Counted from the first letter of the stretch, positions 1-13,273 are shown. The stretch: 64,000 nt of DNA from Octopus vulgaris (GCA_951406725.2 OX597825.1:72974001-73038000); one strand, 5' to 3'. Notes: generated by a model not told the origin, from the letters alone. A program made the numbers and translations.

Positions 1-1621
1 TATACCAGCCTGTGGGTGCCATAAAATGGGCTTGCAAACGCAATTGTGCCCTCGTGTGTGGGTTTTCCCACCCCTGATTTAGATAATAGAATGTACAAGA
101 CCACCTCCCTGTCCATGGTTCTATGTTAAAGATGGAGAACGATCCAGTTATAATTAAATGTTTGTTCGTTTGTTATAACATTCAGTGAACCATTCATACA
201 TACACACACATATATGCATACACACACACACATATATATATACACACACACACATATATATATATACACACACACATACATGTACACTTTTATATAGATG
301 TATGCACGTGCCACAGGGAGTCAAATACATAAGATGTTTTAAACATTACCCTTTCCTATGATGGCTTTTTAATAAGTTTTCAATGAGTTATCACCATCAC
401 CATCACCATCACCATCACCATCACCATCACCATCACCATCACCATCATCTGTTGCCATCACACACGATGATGAACGATGTGTGTGTGTGTGTGATGTGTG
501 ATTGTACATGTGTGAGTGTGAATGTGTATGTGTGTGGTTCAAATTTGCCTGTAAACGTACCCTATCATTCATACACACATATATATACACACATATGTAT
601 ACTCTTTACTCTTTTACTTGTTTCAGTCATTTGACTGTGGCCATGCTGGAGCACTGCCTTTACTCGAGCAAATTAACCCCAGAATTTTTTCTTTGTAAGC
701 CTACTACCTATTCTATTGGTCTCTTTTGCTGAACCGCTAGGTTACGGGGAGATAAACACACCAGCATAGGATAAACGCTGGCAACAACCTCGCTAGAATG
801 TTTTTTCACGTGCCACCAGCACAAGTGCCAGTAAGGCGACACTGGTAATGATCACGTTCAAATGGTGCTTTTTACGTGCCACCAGCATGGAAGCCAGTTA
901 GCCGCTCTGGCAACGATCACGCTCGAATGGTGCTCTTAGCGCTCCACTAGCACGGATGTTCACGTGCCACCGGCACAAGTGCCAGTAAGGCAACGCTGGT
1001 AACGACCACACTCGAATGGTGCCTTTTACGTGCCACCGGAATGGAAGCCAGTTAGCCGCTCTGGCAACCATCACGCTCGGATGGTGCTTTTAGCGCTCCA
1101 TTAGCACGGATGCCAGTCATCAAATTTGATTTCGATTTCACTTGCCTCTGTCAATATAATTAACATATGCACTGGTTCAATACCACTCCTTTATAATTAG
1201 TCAATTGGTTAAATATCTAACTAATTAATCATTTAGTTTGTTTTGTTTTTGTTAATCAAAACTCTTTCATGGCTACTTGCAACCTTTTCAATGACTATTG
1301 ACTTCATTTATTATAGATGTGCATGTGTTAATTATAATGGCATACTATAATTATCAGGTTTAATATGAATGGGAGTAACTAAAGGATTTGCAGGAATAAA
1401 ATTCTCAGCATCCCACAACATATTTGGAAATAATAAACTTGCTTCAATTAAAGCAAATAATATTTCAAGACGCAGTGAAATTTGTTTCAAACACGAATTT
1501 AACATAAAGAATCTTACAAATCAAACACAAAAATGAAGTATCCAGTTTTCATTAGCATGAAATGGATAAAGATTAGATATTGTCCAAATAGAAAGAAATT
1601 TCCACAGCAAATTCCAATGTA

Positions 1622-1787
1622 GGCATAGGAGTGGCAGTGTGGTAAGTAGCTTGCTTACTAAACCACGTGGTTCAGGGTTCAGTCCCACTGCATGGCACCT
1701 TGGGCAAGTGTCTTCTACTATAGCCTCAGGCTGACCAAAGCCTTGTGGGTGGATTTGGTAGACGGAAACTGAAAGAAGCCCATCGTA

Positions 1788-1826
<39 letters not shown>

Positions 1827-2040
1827 TTGTGTGTTTGTGTTTGTCCCCTCAACATCGCTTGACAACCGATGCTGGTGTGTTTACGTCCCTGTAACTTAGT
1901 GGTACGGCAAAAGAGACCGATAGAATAAGCACTAGGCTTACAAAGAATAATTCATGGGGGCGATTTGCTCGACTAAAAGGCAGTGATCTAGCATGGCCAC
2001 AGTCAAATGACTGAAACAAGTAAAAGAGTAAAAGAGAGAG
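1622..2040 (+). mobile_element. SINE family A (tRNA-like head, CORE-like ACCTTGGGCAAGT, internal TA/TG microsatellite), full copy
   Basis: GGCATAGGAGTGGC.GTGTGGTAAG...GGTTCAGTCCC (A/B-box-like) ... GAAACAAGTAAAAGAGTA; more than 15 near-identical copies or fragments in the window. Confidence 0.85.
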
Positions 2041-2225
2041 TAAAGAGTATGATTGTAATCTATGTTTTCACCTCAATAGACGTCATTGATTGGTTGAAAT
2101 TGCAGAAATTGAAGAAAAACAACAACAAATATCTTACAAACTATAGAATTTTCTCAATAAAGCCAAGAGAAAAGATGTTTTATAAACACATTCTACCAGT
2201 ATAGGAAGTTTAAAAGTGTTTAGTT

Positions 2226-2432
2226 ACTCTCTCTTTTACTTGTTTCAGTCATTTGACTGCGGCCATGCTGGAGCACCGCCTTTAATCGAGCAACTCGACC
2301 CCGGGACTTATTCTTTTGTAAGCCCAGTACTTATTCTATCGGTCTCTTTTGCCGAACCGCTAAGTAACGGGGACATAAACACACCAGCATCGGTTGTCAA
2401 GCGATGTTGGGGAACAAACACAGACACACAAA

Positions 2433-2516
<84 letters not shown>

Positions 2517-2683
2517 TATACGACGGGCTTCTTTCAGTTTCCGTCTACCAAATCCACTCACAAGGCTTTGGTCGGCCCGAGGCTATAGTAGAAGACACTT
2601 GCCCAAGGTGCCACGCAGTGGGACTGAACCCGGAACAATGTGGTTGGTAAACAAGCTACTTACCACACAGTCACTCCTGCGCC
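2226..2683 (-). mobile_element. SINE family A, inserted into a partial copy of the 56447-type MITE (2055-2732)
   Basis: Reverse complement of the 1622-2040 element; its flanks match MITE 56447-56890, ending ...AAACCGAAAAGATCC. Confidence 0.8.
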
Positions 2684-2822
2684 TACGTGGAAATTACTTT
2701 TTAAAAAACTGCCGTTCAAACCGAAAAGATCCCTTCTGCTAAATCCCTTTACACACACACACACACACACAATTATCTTCCTTAGTTGACAGAGCAACGT
2801 TATTTGGGAGGCCATTTTCTCG

Positions 2823-2840
2823 GTTGCTATGACAACCAAT
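2823..2840. promoter_or_regulatory. RFX X-box (GTTGCTATGACAAC) with overlapping CCAAT; putative LRRC23 promoter
   Basis: Close match to X-box consensus GTTGCCATGGCAAC in a non-repetitive, CpG-containing patch 1.7 kb upstream of a ciliary gene; E-box CACGTG at 2876. Confidence 0.55.
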
Positions 2841-3301
2841 TAGACGCCAGCCAAGTCTTCCCCCGACAGCATCGCCACGTGTCGTGTAACTTCCAGCATG
2901 TTGATTTTGTGGAAACCTTCCAGCGACAGATGCCTATATTATACTCGACAGAAACTTATTTAATTACAGAAGTTCTCTATTTTTGTTAATTTACTGAACA
3001 ATTCTGTAAGAAAGCTCCATATCTGCCTTTATCCTGTTCTCTCTCTCTCTCTCTCTTCAGCTGAATTTAGCAGTTTCAGTCACCGGGTTACAAACGTTTG
3101 ACTTTATGTCACTTAAAAGTATGTTTTGTTTAGGGGAATTTTTTTTAAAAAATGAAAGAAAAAGGAAAACAAGAAACACAAACCAACGTAGTTAGATTAA
3201 TGAATATAATAATACTGTATACGTTGGTTAATATACCCACTCTGTTGACAATAACACTAGTGCCTGTATATTTCCCCTAACTTACGGCTTTTTGGACGGC
3301 C

Positions 3302-3644
3302 TATACATACATACATAATACATACATACATATACACACATATATACATCCATACATACATACATAATACATACATACATACATAATACATACATACATA
3401 CATACATACATACATACACACATACATACATCATACATACATACATACAGACATACACATACATACAGACATACACACATACACATACATACATACATAC
3501 ACACATACATATATACGTACATACATACATCATACATACATAATACATATATCATACATACATACATACATACATACATACATACATACATACACATACA
3601 TAATACATACATCATACATACATACATACAGACATACACATACA

Positions 3645-3676
<32 letters not shown>

Positions 3677-3945
3677 CATACATATATACATACATACATA
3701 CACACATACACACATACATACATACATACATACATACATACATACATACATACATACATAATACATACATACATACACATACATACAGACATACACACAT
3801 ACAGACATACATACATACACACACATACATACATAATACATACATACATACATACACTCATACACTCATACACTCATACACGCATACACACACATACATA
3901 CATACATACATACATACATACATACATACATACATACATACATAA
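3302..3945. repeat. (TACA)n compound microsatellite, ~640 bp
   Basis: Direct reading. Confidence 0.95.
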
Positions 3946-4557
3946 TTACACACATACACACACACACAGAGTGAGGGAAAGAAAGAAGAAGACAGTGGGA
4001 AAGGCGAATGAGTTAGGAAGAAATTAGTATGTTTTATACTAAATAACTTGCACAATTTGGAAAATTTATTCGACAGAACATTTTACATACATACGCGTGC
4101 ACACATACATACATACATTCCTGTAGGCCCGTCGTCGGACATTGGTGCTTGGGGGTACTTCGGAATATTCTGGATGGGCACTAATTTGTAATAATGCGAA
4201 AGTGGAGTTTCGAAAATACGTGTATTACTATAGATCTGAAGGTGCACCATTGAATAGTAAAGGGGAAGTGCCGTCCAGTTACCAAGTTATCGACAGGCAT
4301 ACATTCAAACATTCACACACACACACACACAGTCGTTTTTATTTATTTTTGTAATATATTAAAAGTATTTCCCCCATTTCTTAACAGGAGAAAGAAGCGG
4401 GTAGTTAAAATATACAAAGGAAAGAAAGAGAAAATAATATGAAAGTAACAATTTATCCCGTAAGTTAGCTGTTGTGAAGAACTTTTGAAGGATTTGGTTG
4501 AAAGATTGAAAAGAAGGTTCGATTCTGCAGAGAAAGTAAACAAGTGATTATTTGAAA

Positions 4558-4980
4558 ATGTCAGAAACGGAATTACAAGAAGTTGCAGACGGAGATGAAG
4601 CTAGCGAAAAAGTAAACCCGGTAGAAGTACCAGTAACAAAGGAAAAATCAGAAATAATTGAAGAACCAGAAAGTACGTCGGAAACATTAGACAAAGAAAC
4701 CAGAATAAAGGAACCAGAAGTAGAAGAAGATTCAAAGGAACCAGAAGTAGATTCAAAAGAAACCGAAGAAGATTCAAAAGAAACAGTAGAAGATTCAAAA
4801 GAAACAGTAGAAGATTCAAAAGGAACAGAAGAAATAAAAGGAACGGAAGAAGGAAAGATAGAATTAGATAGGTTGGAAGATTCTACAGATGTGGGAGACC
4901 AAAATGGAAAAATTAAAGAAGACGAGGTTGTAGAGCAGGTTGCCCAGCCAGTAGAAGAGGAAGAAGAGATCCTCGAAGAG
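4558..4980 (+). CDS. LRRC23: LRRC23 coding exon 1 (acidic N-terminal region, 141 codons)
   Basis: ATG 4558, MSETELQEV...EEEEEILEE, donor GAG|GTAAAT; phase 0 joins exon 2 in frame. Confidence 0.75.
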
Positions 4981-5459
4981 GTAAATTAGTTTTAATTTAA
5001 AGTTTGTATTTTATTAATCCTAGTTTGACAGTTAAGTTTGGGTTAATAAACCTATTTCTTTATTACCCACAAGGGGCTAAACACAGAGGGGACAAACAAG
5101 GACAGACATAGTTATTAAGTCGATTACATCGACTCCAGTGCGTAACTGGTACTTAATTTATCGACTCCGAAAGGATGAAAGGCAAAGTCGACCTCGGCGG
5201 AATTTGAACTCAGAACGTAATGGCAGACGAAATACCGCTAAGCATTTCGCCCGGCGTGCTAACGTTTCTGTCAGCTCGCCGCCTTGTTTGGGTTAATAAA
5301 CCAGGCATGGGTAACCTTTCTCAAGAAGCGGGTCACGAAACATGGCTCATCCTCGGGTGGCTCGCACTCCTAAAAAATTCAAGATAATTTCTTGTTAGGC
5401 GTGTCATTTAGAAAGTCCTGCGGGCTGCAGTTTGCTCCTGACTGGAATAAGCTAAAAGG

Positions 5460-5571
5460 GGCGGGGGTAAAGAATACGGACATCACCCGTTTTCGGCGTA
5501 ACCCTAACCCTAATCTTAACCTTAATCCTAAACGCTGAAAACGAGTGGTGTGTCTATTCTTTACCTTCGCC
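5460..5571. mobile_element. MITE with GG..CC termini, 8-bp TSD CTAAAAGG and internal CCCTAA repeats (Merlin-like)
   Basis: TIRs GGCGGGGGTAAAGAATA / TATTCTTTACCTTCGCC; TSD at 5452-5459 and 5572-5579. Confidence 0.75.
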
Positions 5572-6328
5572 CTAAAAGGGATATAAAAAAAAATCCAATC
5601 GGAGAAAACTTTCTTCGAAGGATGACCCCCCTGTCCGGAAGGTAAGAATTACCAGTGCCAGCCCGAAGATTGCTGGTGTCCCGGGCCAATTGATTTTCAG
5701 TACACTGAACAAAGTGAATTTTAGTGCCCTTTCAAGAATAATTAAGAATATTCTAAAGGAGTGAATATCTTCTCTATTTTAGGCACAAGGCCAGCAATTT
5801 TGAGGGGAAGGTGTAGTTGAGGACATCGACTTCAATAGTAAATTATTTCTTTATTTTATTTATGACGGGGTGGGCTGGGGGTGAAAAGCAAAGTTCGCCT
5901 CGGCGAAATTTGATCTCGGAATATAAAGGGCCTGAACAAGTTCCGTAAAGTATTTTTTTTATTAATGATGCTCTAACGTTTCTGCTAGCTCGTAAAAACT
6001 GTAATTGTTGAAATGAAGTACCTATAATTTATTAAATGCTAGAATGAAATGTTCTGCTTTATTATTTATATATATATTTTTTTTTCTTGATATTTCTTGG
6101 AATGTCCCAAACCGTGCAACGCTTCCAAGCACATTAGCACCTCGGGTAAATTGCCCGAGTAAGGAAGTACCTTTAGCTGGCTCTGTTCAACTCACCCTTC
6201 CGCACGGCCCACAAACATACTTTAGAAATTATATAGCAACGGTGGTCAAAGTGGGGCTTTCAAAGTTACCATGTGTGATTCCCGAAAAGTTATTGAGTTC
6301 CAGAGCTATTTTCCTTAAAACAGCTTTA

Positions 6329-6755
6329 GGCAATCTTTCGTCTCTAGTAGACATTTCCGTCGATTTCCGTAAAAAATTTTTTTTTTTTTACATATGGGCT
6401 TGCGGGAACTTTTGAAGTAATGAGAGCGAAAGAGACTAAGAGAAAGCGATTGTATGACGAGGGAAGTTCTTTTGAAGTTACCGTGCATGGCAAGCATTGA
6501 TGTACATGTGTGTGTGTGTGTTTGATGGGGTGTGGGAGACAGACAGTATGTTGTGTAAGTGAAGTGCTTCTGTTAGTGTGTATGTGCGAAAAGACAGAGT
6601 AATGTGTGAAAGAGAGAGATAACTGAAATTTTTTACTCGGTGTATGTGTATATGTATGTATATTACTTCAAAAGTTCCCGCAAGCCCATATGTAAAAAAA
6701 AAAAAATTTTTTTACGGAAATCGACGGAAAGGTCTACTAGAGACGAAAGATCGCC
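6329..6755. mobile_element. MITE with ~90-bp TIRs and 8-bp TSD CAGCTTTA (Merlin-like)
   Basis: GGCAATCTTTCGTCTCTAGTAGAC... / ...GTCTACTAGAGACGAAAGATCGCC; TSD at 6321-6328 and 6756-6763. Confidence 0.85.
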
Positions 6756-7239
6756 CAGCTTTAAATACGCTACCGGTTTTTGTTTCCTCCTAACTTTCTG
6801 AAAATCTGGATAACTTTTTAATGAAATTTACTACAAATACGGAATTTATATGTGATGTATGTCAGTATATATTGTGCGTCCGACTGCCAGTTTTTTTTTT
6901 TGCATGTTAAATCTCGATATAATCGTAATCTACACCATCTGAAAAGTATTCATAGAAAATTTCATTAAAAAATATTCGTTTTTCAGAAAGTTATAAGGAA
7001 AAGAAGTCGAGGAAGGGGCACACATGTGTAGGTATGCCTACATACTTACGCGCACACACACACGCACATAATTGCAGGCGTGGCTATGTGGTAAGAAGCT
7101 TGCTACCCCAACCACATGGTTCTGGGTTCAGTCTACTGCCTGGCACCTTGGGCAAGTGGGTACTACTCGCGTACTTGCGCATCCGCACTAGCTAGTCATG
7201 ACTAGTCGATCCTTACTTTGTGTTTTTGTGTTTTATTTA

Positions 7240-8320
7240 CTTTACTCTTTTACTCGTTTCGGTCATTTGACTGCGGCCATGCTGGAGCACCGCCTTTAAT
7301 CGAGCAACTCTACCCCGGTACTTATTCTTTGTAAGCCCATTACTTATTCTATCGGTCTCTTTTTGCTGAACCGCTAAGTGACGGGGGCATAAACACACCA
7401 GCATCGGTTGTCAAGCAATGATAGGGGGACAAACACAAACACACAAACACACACGCACATATATATATGTACATATATACGACGAGCTTCTTTCAGTTTC
7501 CGTCTACCAAATCCACTCACAAGGCTTTGGTCGGCCCGGGGCTATAGTAGAAGACACTTGCCCAAGATGCCACGCAGTGGGACTGAACCCGGAACCATGT
7601 GGTTGGTAAGCAAGCTACTTAACACACAGCCACTGTGTAAAAAAATTATTTATGTTTTATTTACTTTGATTTATGGGGAGAAGGTTCAAAAATTTTTTTT
7701 GAAAAAAAGGGAAAAGAAAAGAATCGTGTGAATTCCTCTTTATGTTTATGTTTTCCAGTTTCAGCTCTTGAGCTGTGGCCATGCTGGGGCACCGCCAAAT
7801 TCGTAAAACATTTTCTGAAAATTCCAAAAAATAAAAAAAGCTATTCGGGATATATATGGGATGCGTAAACCAGAATTTCACCGACCCCCTAGTTCTTGAC
7901 AGGGGCTTTATGTTTTCGACCTTGAAAGGATGACTTGCGAAGCTGACCTCGGTGGGATTCGAACTGAGAATGTAAAGAGAATTAACTCTTTTACTTCAGT
8001 CATTTGACTGTGGCCATGCTGGAGCACCGCCTTTAGTCGAGAAAATCGACCCCGGGACTTATTCTTTGTAAGCCTAGTACTTATTCTATCGGTCTCTTTT
8101 GCCGAACCGCTAAGTTACGGGGACGTAAACACACCAGCATCGGTTATCAAGCAATGCTAGGGGGACAAACACAGACACAGAAACATACACACACACATAT
8201 ATATACATATATATGACGGGCTTCTTTCAGTTTCCGTCTACCAAATCCACTCACAAGGCTTTGGTCGGCCCGAGGCTATAGTAGAAGACACTTGCCCAAG
8301 GTGCCACGCAGTGGAACTGA
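7240..8320 (-). mobile_element. Two SINE family A copies (7240-7634, 7985-8320)
   Basis: Identity to other family A copies. Confidence 0.8.
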
Positions 8321-8797
8321 AATGTTAAAAATAATAATAATTTATGTCTTCCTAGTGAAATTAGCGATTGTAAAATATGAAATATTTAATCGAAAACCTC
8401 TAAAAGGAATATTCACTTTGTTCTACTGTATTTCAAAGCCCCTATATATTTTTTTATAGGGCCATAGGTCATTGAATTGAATCTATTAACGTAAGATTTT
8501 GATTTTGGAGTTTCTCGGCCTGCTAGAAATAGCAGCGAAATCTCATTTAACCGATAACCATCCACCTTAAAACAGATATGACACATTAGATTAATGTAGT
8601 TCTATAATTAATGAATAAGAAAATACGATCATGGGACTGGTACGGGGTTTATTTGTGGTCAAACAACAACGGCTGCTATTTCTACAGGTTCTTTAGCCTG
8701 CTACTTCTATATTCCACTTATTTTACTTTCACTATAAGCATACGTGACTATGAACATAGTGTTTATATAACGATAACTAGCACCGTAAAATTGTAGA

Positions 8798-8870
8798 GGG
8801 GAATTAGCTCAGATGGTAGAGCGCTCGCTTAGCATGCGAGAGGTACCGGGATCGATGCCCGGATTCTCCA
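8798..8870 (+). tRNA. tRNA-Ala(AGC), intact, intronic in LRRC23
   Basis: Full cloverleaf GGGGAATTAGCTCAGATGGTAGAGCGCTCGCTTAGCATGCGAGAGGTACCGGGATCGATGCCCGGATTCTCCA; anticodon 8831-8833; G3:U70 Ala identity pair; A54 T-loop typical of eukaryotic tRNA-Ala. Confidence 0.97.
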
Positions 8871-8876
8871 GCTCGA

Positions 8877-8885
8877 TTTTTTTTT
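8877..8885 (+). terminator. Pol III poly-T terminator of tRNA-Ala
   Basis: T-run starting 6 nt after the tRNA 3' end. Confidence 0.8.
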
Positions 8886-9405
8886 CCTTCTTTTCTATTT
8901 GTTCAAATTTAATTATTGGCGAACTTTGGTTTAAAAACTGAAAACAAAAATGTTTAAAATCCAATGCTAATAAAACTACCCGATAGGTTGTGTGAGCATG
9001 AAATTGTTTTTTAAAGTATGCACAGTCGTGTTTCGAAGTATTCCTCATGGGAAGAATCCAAAAAGACGGTCAGGCTCAGAAAGTGAAAATTCGACTGAAC
9101 ATAGGATGGCCACGGTTGGAATGCTTTTGGCGGAATTGATTTACGTACCCCATATAATACCTCGTAATTTTTTTTTTTTTTTTTTGCAATTTTCTGAAAG
9201 ATTTTGTGAATTTGTGTTCTACACACGGGAATAAATACAAGTACGACAAAAAATTGCTTTGTTTTTAATTTTTACCCACCCACCCCAATAAAGTAAAATA
9301 AAAAAGTTATGAGGGATTATATGAGGTGCTTAAAACATTGATGGTTTTTTCTTTTCTTTCTTTGTTTTCTCTTTGTCTTTCTTTTGCAATTATATATGTA
9401 TCATA

Positions 9406-9560
9406 GGCGCAGGAGTGGCTGCGTGGTAAGTAGCTTGTTTACCAACCACATGGTTCCGGGTTCAGTCCCACTGCGTGGCATCTTGGGCAAGTGTCTTCTG
9501 CTATAGGCCTTGTGAGTGGATTTGGTAGACGGAAACTGAAAGAAGCTTGTCGTATATATG

Positions 9561-9614
<54 letters not shown>

Positions 9615-9803
9615 TCCTCCTAGCATTGCTTGACAACCGATGCTGGTGTGTTTATGTCCCCGTCACATAGCGGTTCGGCAAAAAGAGACCGATAGAATAA
9701 GTACTGGGCTTACAAAGACTAAGTCCTGGGGTCGATTTGCTCGACTAAAGGCGGTGCTCCAGCATGGCCGCAGTCAAATAAATGACTGAAACAAGTAAAA
9801 GAG
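9406..9803 (+). mobile_element. SINE family A
   Basis: Identity to other copies. Confidence 0.85.
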
Positions 9804-10077
9804 GAAAGAGGAATAATAATGATGATCCTTTCTAATATAGGTACAAAGCCTGGAAATTGTGGGGAGGCGGATAGTCGATCACATCAACCCCAGTACTTGA
9901 CTGGTGTTTAATTTATCAACGCCAAAAGGATGAATAACTAAGTGGAATTCGGTGGAATTTGATCTCAGAACATAATGACTGATGAAATGCTGCTAGGCAT
10001 ATTCCCTGATGTGCTAACGATTCTGCCAGCTTGCAGAATAATAATAATGATGATGATGATGATGATCATGATGATCA

Positions 10078-10545
10078 TCATCATCGTTTAATGTCCGCTT
10101 TCCATGCTGGCATGGGTTGGACGGTTCAACTGGGGTCTGGGAAGCCAGAAGGCTGCACCAGGCCCAGTCTGATCTGGCAGTGTTTCTACAGCTTGATGCC
10201 CTTCCTAACGCCAACCACTCCGTGAGTGTAGTGGGTGCTTTTTATGTGCCACCGGCACAGGTGCCAGACGAGGCTGGCAAACGGCCACGATCGGATGGTG
10301 CTTTTTACGTGCCACTGACACGGAGACCAGACGAGGCTGGCAAACGACCACGATCGGATGGTGCTTTTTATGTGCTACCGACATGGAGACCAGACGAGGC
10401 TGGCAACGGCCACGATCGGATGGTGCTTTTTACTTGCCACCAGCACGGAGGCCAGTCAAGGCGGCGCTGGCTACAGCCACGTTTGGATGGTTCTCTTACG
10501 TGCCACCGGCACTGGTATCACAGCTACAAATTCCATTGATGTTGA
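10078..10545 (-). mobile_element. Family C retro-element (RTE 3'UTR-derived) with ~5 internal ~60-bp tandem units and (GAT)n tail
   Basis: CATCATCGTTTAATGTCCGCTTTCCATGC...; repeated GATGGTGCTTTTTACGTGCCAC units; further copies near 775, 13520, 14530, 19320, 26663, 42345, 46075, 51940, 59432 and 63785. Confidence 0.8.
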
Positions 10546-10596
10546 TCGATTACAGTTATAATAATAATGATTTCTACCATTTGCTATCTTTTATAG

Positions 10597-10706
10597 GTAC
10601 CAGATAATATTTTGTCAGAAGAAGTAATTAAAGAAGGGATCTCTTTACTAAGGAGAATAGGAAATGGTCTGGCTTATTCCTTCATTAAACTTGATCTCAG
10701 TAATAG
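10597..10706 (+). CDS. LRRC23: LRRC23 coding exon 2
   Basis: TTTTATAG|VPDNILSEEVIKEGISLLRRIGNGLAYSFIKLDLSN|GTAAGT; resembles the vertebrate LRRC23 motif KEGLSLLCKTGNGLAHAYVKL (recalled). Confidence 0.92.
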
Positions 10707-11415
10707 GTAAGTTGTTTCATATAAGCACCAACATAATAATGACAATGTTATTTTACTAAATTCTTTAATTCCAAAATTAATTGAAAAGAAGGCAGTGTAT
10801 TTCAACAGAAATATGGTAACCATCCTTCCATCCATCCATCCATCTTCCCTGTCCACTATTCCTGAGAGGATTATTGGGATAGAACCCTCTGGCACTTACG
10901 CCATGGGACCCTATCAAAAGCAGCTGTTATTAGACTTCCTGGCAGGATTTCCAAGCATGACTTGCTTGCTTGCTATGTATGTATGTATTTATGTATGTAT
11001 GTATGTATGTATGTATGTATGTATGTATGTATGTGTGTATGTATGTATGTGCATGAGGACATCCAGTACAAGTTGTGACATGGGGTTTGGGGTGGGCTAA
11101 GGCGTGGGTCAGTTTATGTCAGATGTGACGCGAGAAAATCCTTCTGTGCAAAGCGCTTGCTGAACAAGTTAAAATCCCAAGATGCCGGAATGCTTTGGTA
11201 TTTCTCTAATGGGAAGAACTTTGGTCAGATCCAAAAGGTAAACTGAAGGAACGACAAATGGTTATGCAGAGACCAGAATGAGGTTTCAGTTTTTGAGATA
11301 TCTTTGTCCATGAACAAACAGACCAACAAATATGACTGAAAACAATACCTCCGCCTTCATTAAGGCGGAGGTAATAAGTGAAAAGAAAGTTATATGTACT
11401 CTGTTTACATATATA

Positions 11416-11925
11416 CTAGCAGTATCGCCCGGCGTTGCTCGGGTTTGTAAGGGAAATAACTATATAAGCATTTTTAGAGAGTTACTTCCCTTATAGATGC
11501 CAATTCGGGCTTTCTTAGCCATTTCTGTTTTGGTGTCTTCAAGCCATGAAGTCGTTGTTCTAAAAGAACGCTGGTCTCCTTGACAACGCATTACGACGTT
11601 GATTTCTTTACACTCCCTTCCCCACAGCTTCACGAGGGAGGGAAGGGGGAGAAGCAAACAGGTTCAGGTGTGACCAAGGACGCCAACTCCGCCGCCATCG
11701 ACACACGAAAAATTATGCATTAAAATGGAATAAAAAATGATGTTAAATTATTTTTAAAATCGTAGACTCATCGTAGACGCGCGCTAATAGCCAGACGGGC
11801 TCGATATTAATCACGACTATAAGATACCCGAATTTGGTTAAACTGCACCGCAAAATGTGGGAGGAGTTAGGAATCTAAATCGAAGGGGACAGACACTCAC
11901 ACAACTACAGTTTTATATATATAGA
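11416..11925 (-). mobile_element. Non-autonomous Helitron
   Basis: Minus strand: 5' TCTATATATATAAAACTG, subterminal hairpin CCCGAGCAACGCCGGG, CTAG 3' end, between A and T, no TSD. Confidence 0.75.
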
Positions 11926-12197
11926 TATCATCATCATCATCATCATCATGATTTTGCTTGCTTGTTCGCTCGCTCATGGATAGATAGATAGATAAAAAGA
12001 TATAGATAGATAGATACCAAAAGTTGTCTTTTAATAGGTTAGGTTGCAAGGTGCCTTACTTTAAGGCTTTTGCCAATTTGCTGCTTTGAAGCTTTTGACA
12101 CAGGTGTATGCACTTGATACATTAGGCCAAGAGGGTCGAGTGATGTGAAGCAAACAGAATGACCAGGGGAAACAGGACAAAACAATTTATATCATAA

Positions 12198-12359
12198 TTG
12201 GCTGTGTGGTAAGTAGCTTGCTAACCAACCACATGATTCCGGGTTCAGTCCCACTGCGTGGCATCTTGGGCAAGTGTCTTCTGCTATAGCCGAGGGCCGA
12301 CCAATGCCTTGTGAGTGGATTTGGTAGACGGAAACTGAAAGAAGCCTGTCGTATATATT

Positions 12360-12392
<33 letters not shown>

Positions 12393-12605
12393 TTGTGTGT
12401 CTGTGTCTGTCCCCCTAGCATTACTTGACAACCGATGCTGGTGTGTTTACGTCCCCCGTCACTTAGCGGTTCGGCAAAAAGAGACCGATAGAATAAGTAC
12501 TGGGCTTACAAAGAATAAGTCCCGGGGTCGATTTGCTTGACTAAAGGCGGTGCTCCAGCATGGCCGCAGTCAAATGACTGAAACGAGTAAAAGAGTAAAA
12601 GAGTA
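12198..12605 (+). mobile_element. SINE family A
   Basis: Identity to other copies. Confidence 0.85.
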
Positions 12606-12704
12606 AACAATAATTCTGTCTCTTTCTCAGAGAAGCAGTAAATAAAATTCTGTCTTTTTTCCTTCTCTTTCTCTTCATTTTTTTTTTTTTTTTTTTTTGA
12701 CCAG

Positions 12705-12961
12705 GAAGATTACCGATATTTCAATCCTGGAGAGATATGTTCATCTGAGAATTGTTAATGTAAGCAACAACTATTTGACTGATCTAAAGGCCTTCAACAC
12801 ATTAACGGATTTGTTGCAGCTGACCGCCAACAAAAACCGCATTGCCAGCATAATGCTTGAGCCGTGTCCCTTTCTGCAATATATCTCCATCAACAACAAC
12901 AGGATAAAGGATGTCTCTGAAGGAATTTCGCACCCACTTATTAGATACATAGACCTTAGCA
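12705..12961 (+). CDS. LRRC23: LRRC23 coding exon 3 (LRR repeats)
   Basis: Poly-T/CAG acceptor; KITDISILERYVHLRIVNVSNNYLTDL...EGISHPLIRYIDLS; donor A|GTAAGT; LxxLxLxxN pattern. Confidence 0.95.
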
Positions 12962-13127
12962 GTAAGTATAATTCGTGTTGTATTATTTCTGTGATGACTG
13001 GGGTTCAGTCCCACTGCACAGCACCTTGGGCAACTGTGATCTACTATAGCTCTGGGTTGATCAATGCCTTGTGAATGAATTTACTCAATGAAAACTATAT
13101 GTTGTTCATTGTGTGTGTGTGTGTCTG

Positions 13128-13202
<75 letters not shown>

Positions 13203-13225
13203 GTGTGTGTGTGTGTGTGTGTATG

Positions 13226-13273
<48 letters not shown>

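Noticed and set aside
1622-1700. SINE heads (families A, B, D, E) as tRNA genes
   Set aside because: They have A/B boxes but no complete cloverleaf and continue into repeat bodies
2750-2816. Minus-strand ATG (MASQITLLCQLRK...) as a head-to-head gene
   Set aside because: Runs into (TG)n and no downstream exon or homology is recognisable; GCCATTTT may simply be a YY1-like motif
4123-4290. Possible Harbinger-type MITE (AGGCCCGTCG...CGACAGGCAT); also hAT-like remnants at 5302-5445 and 31958-32490
   Set aside because: TIRs are short or imperfect and TSDs are not clear enough to call
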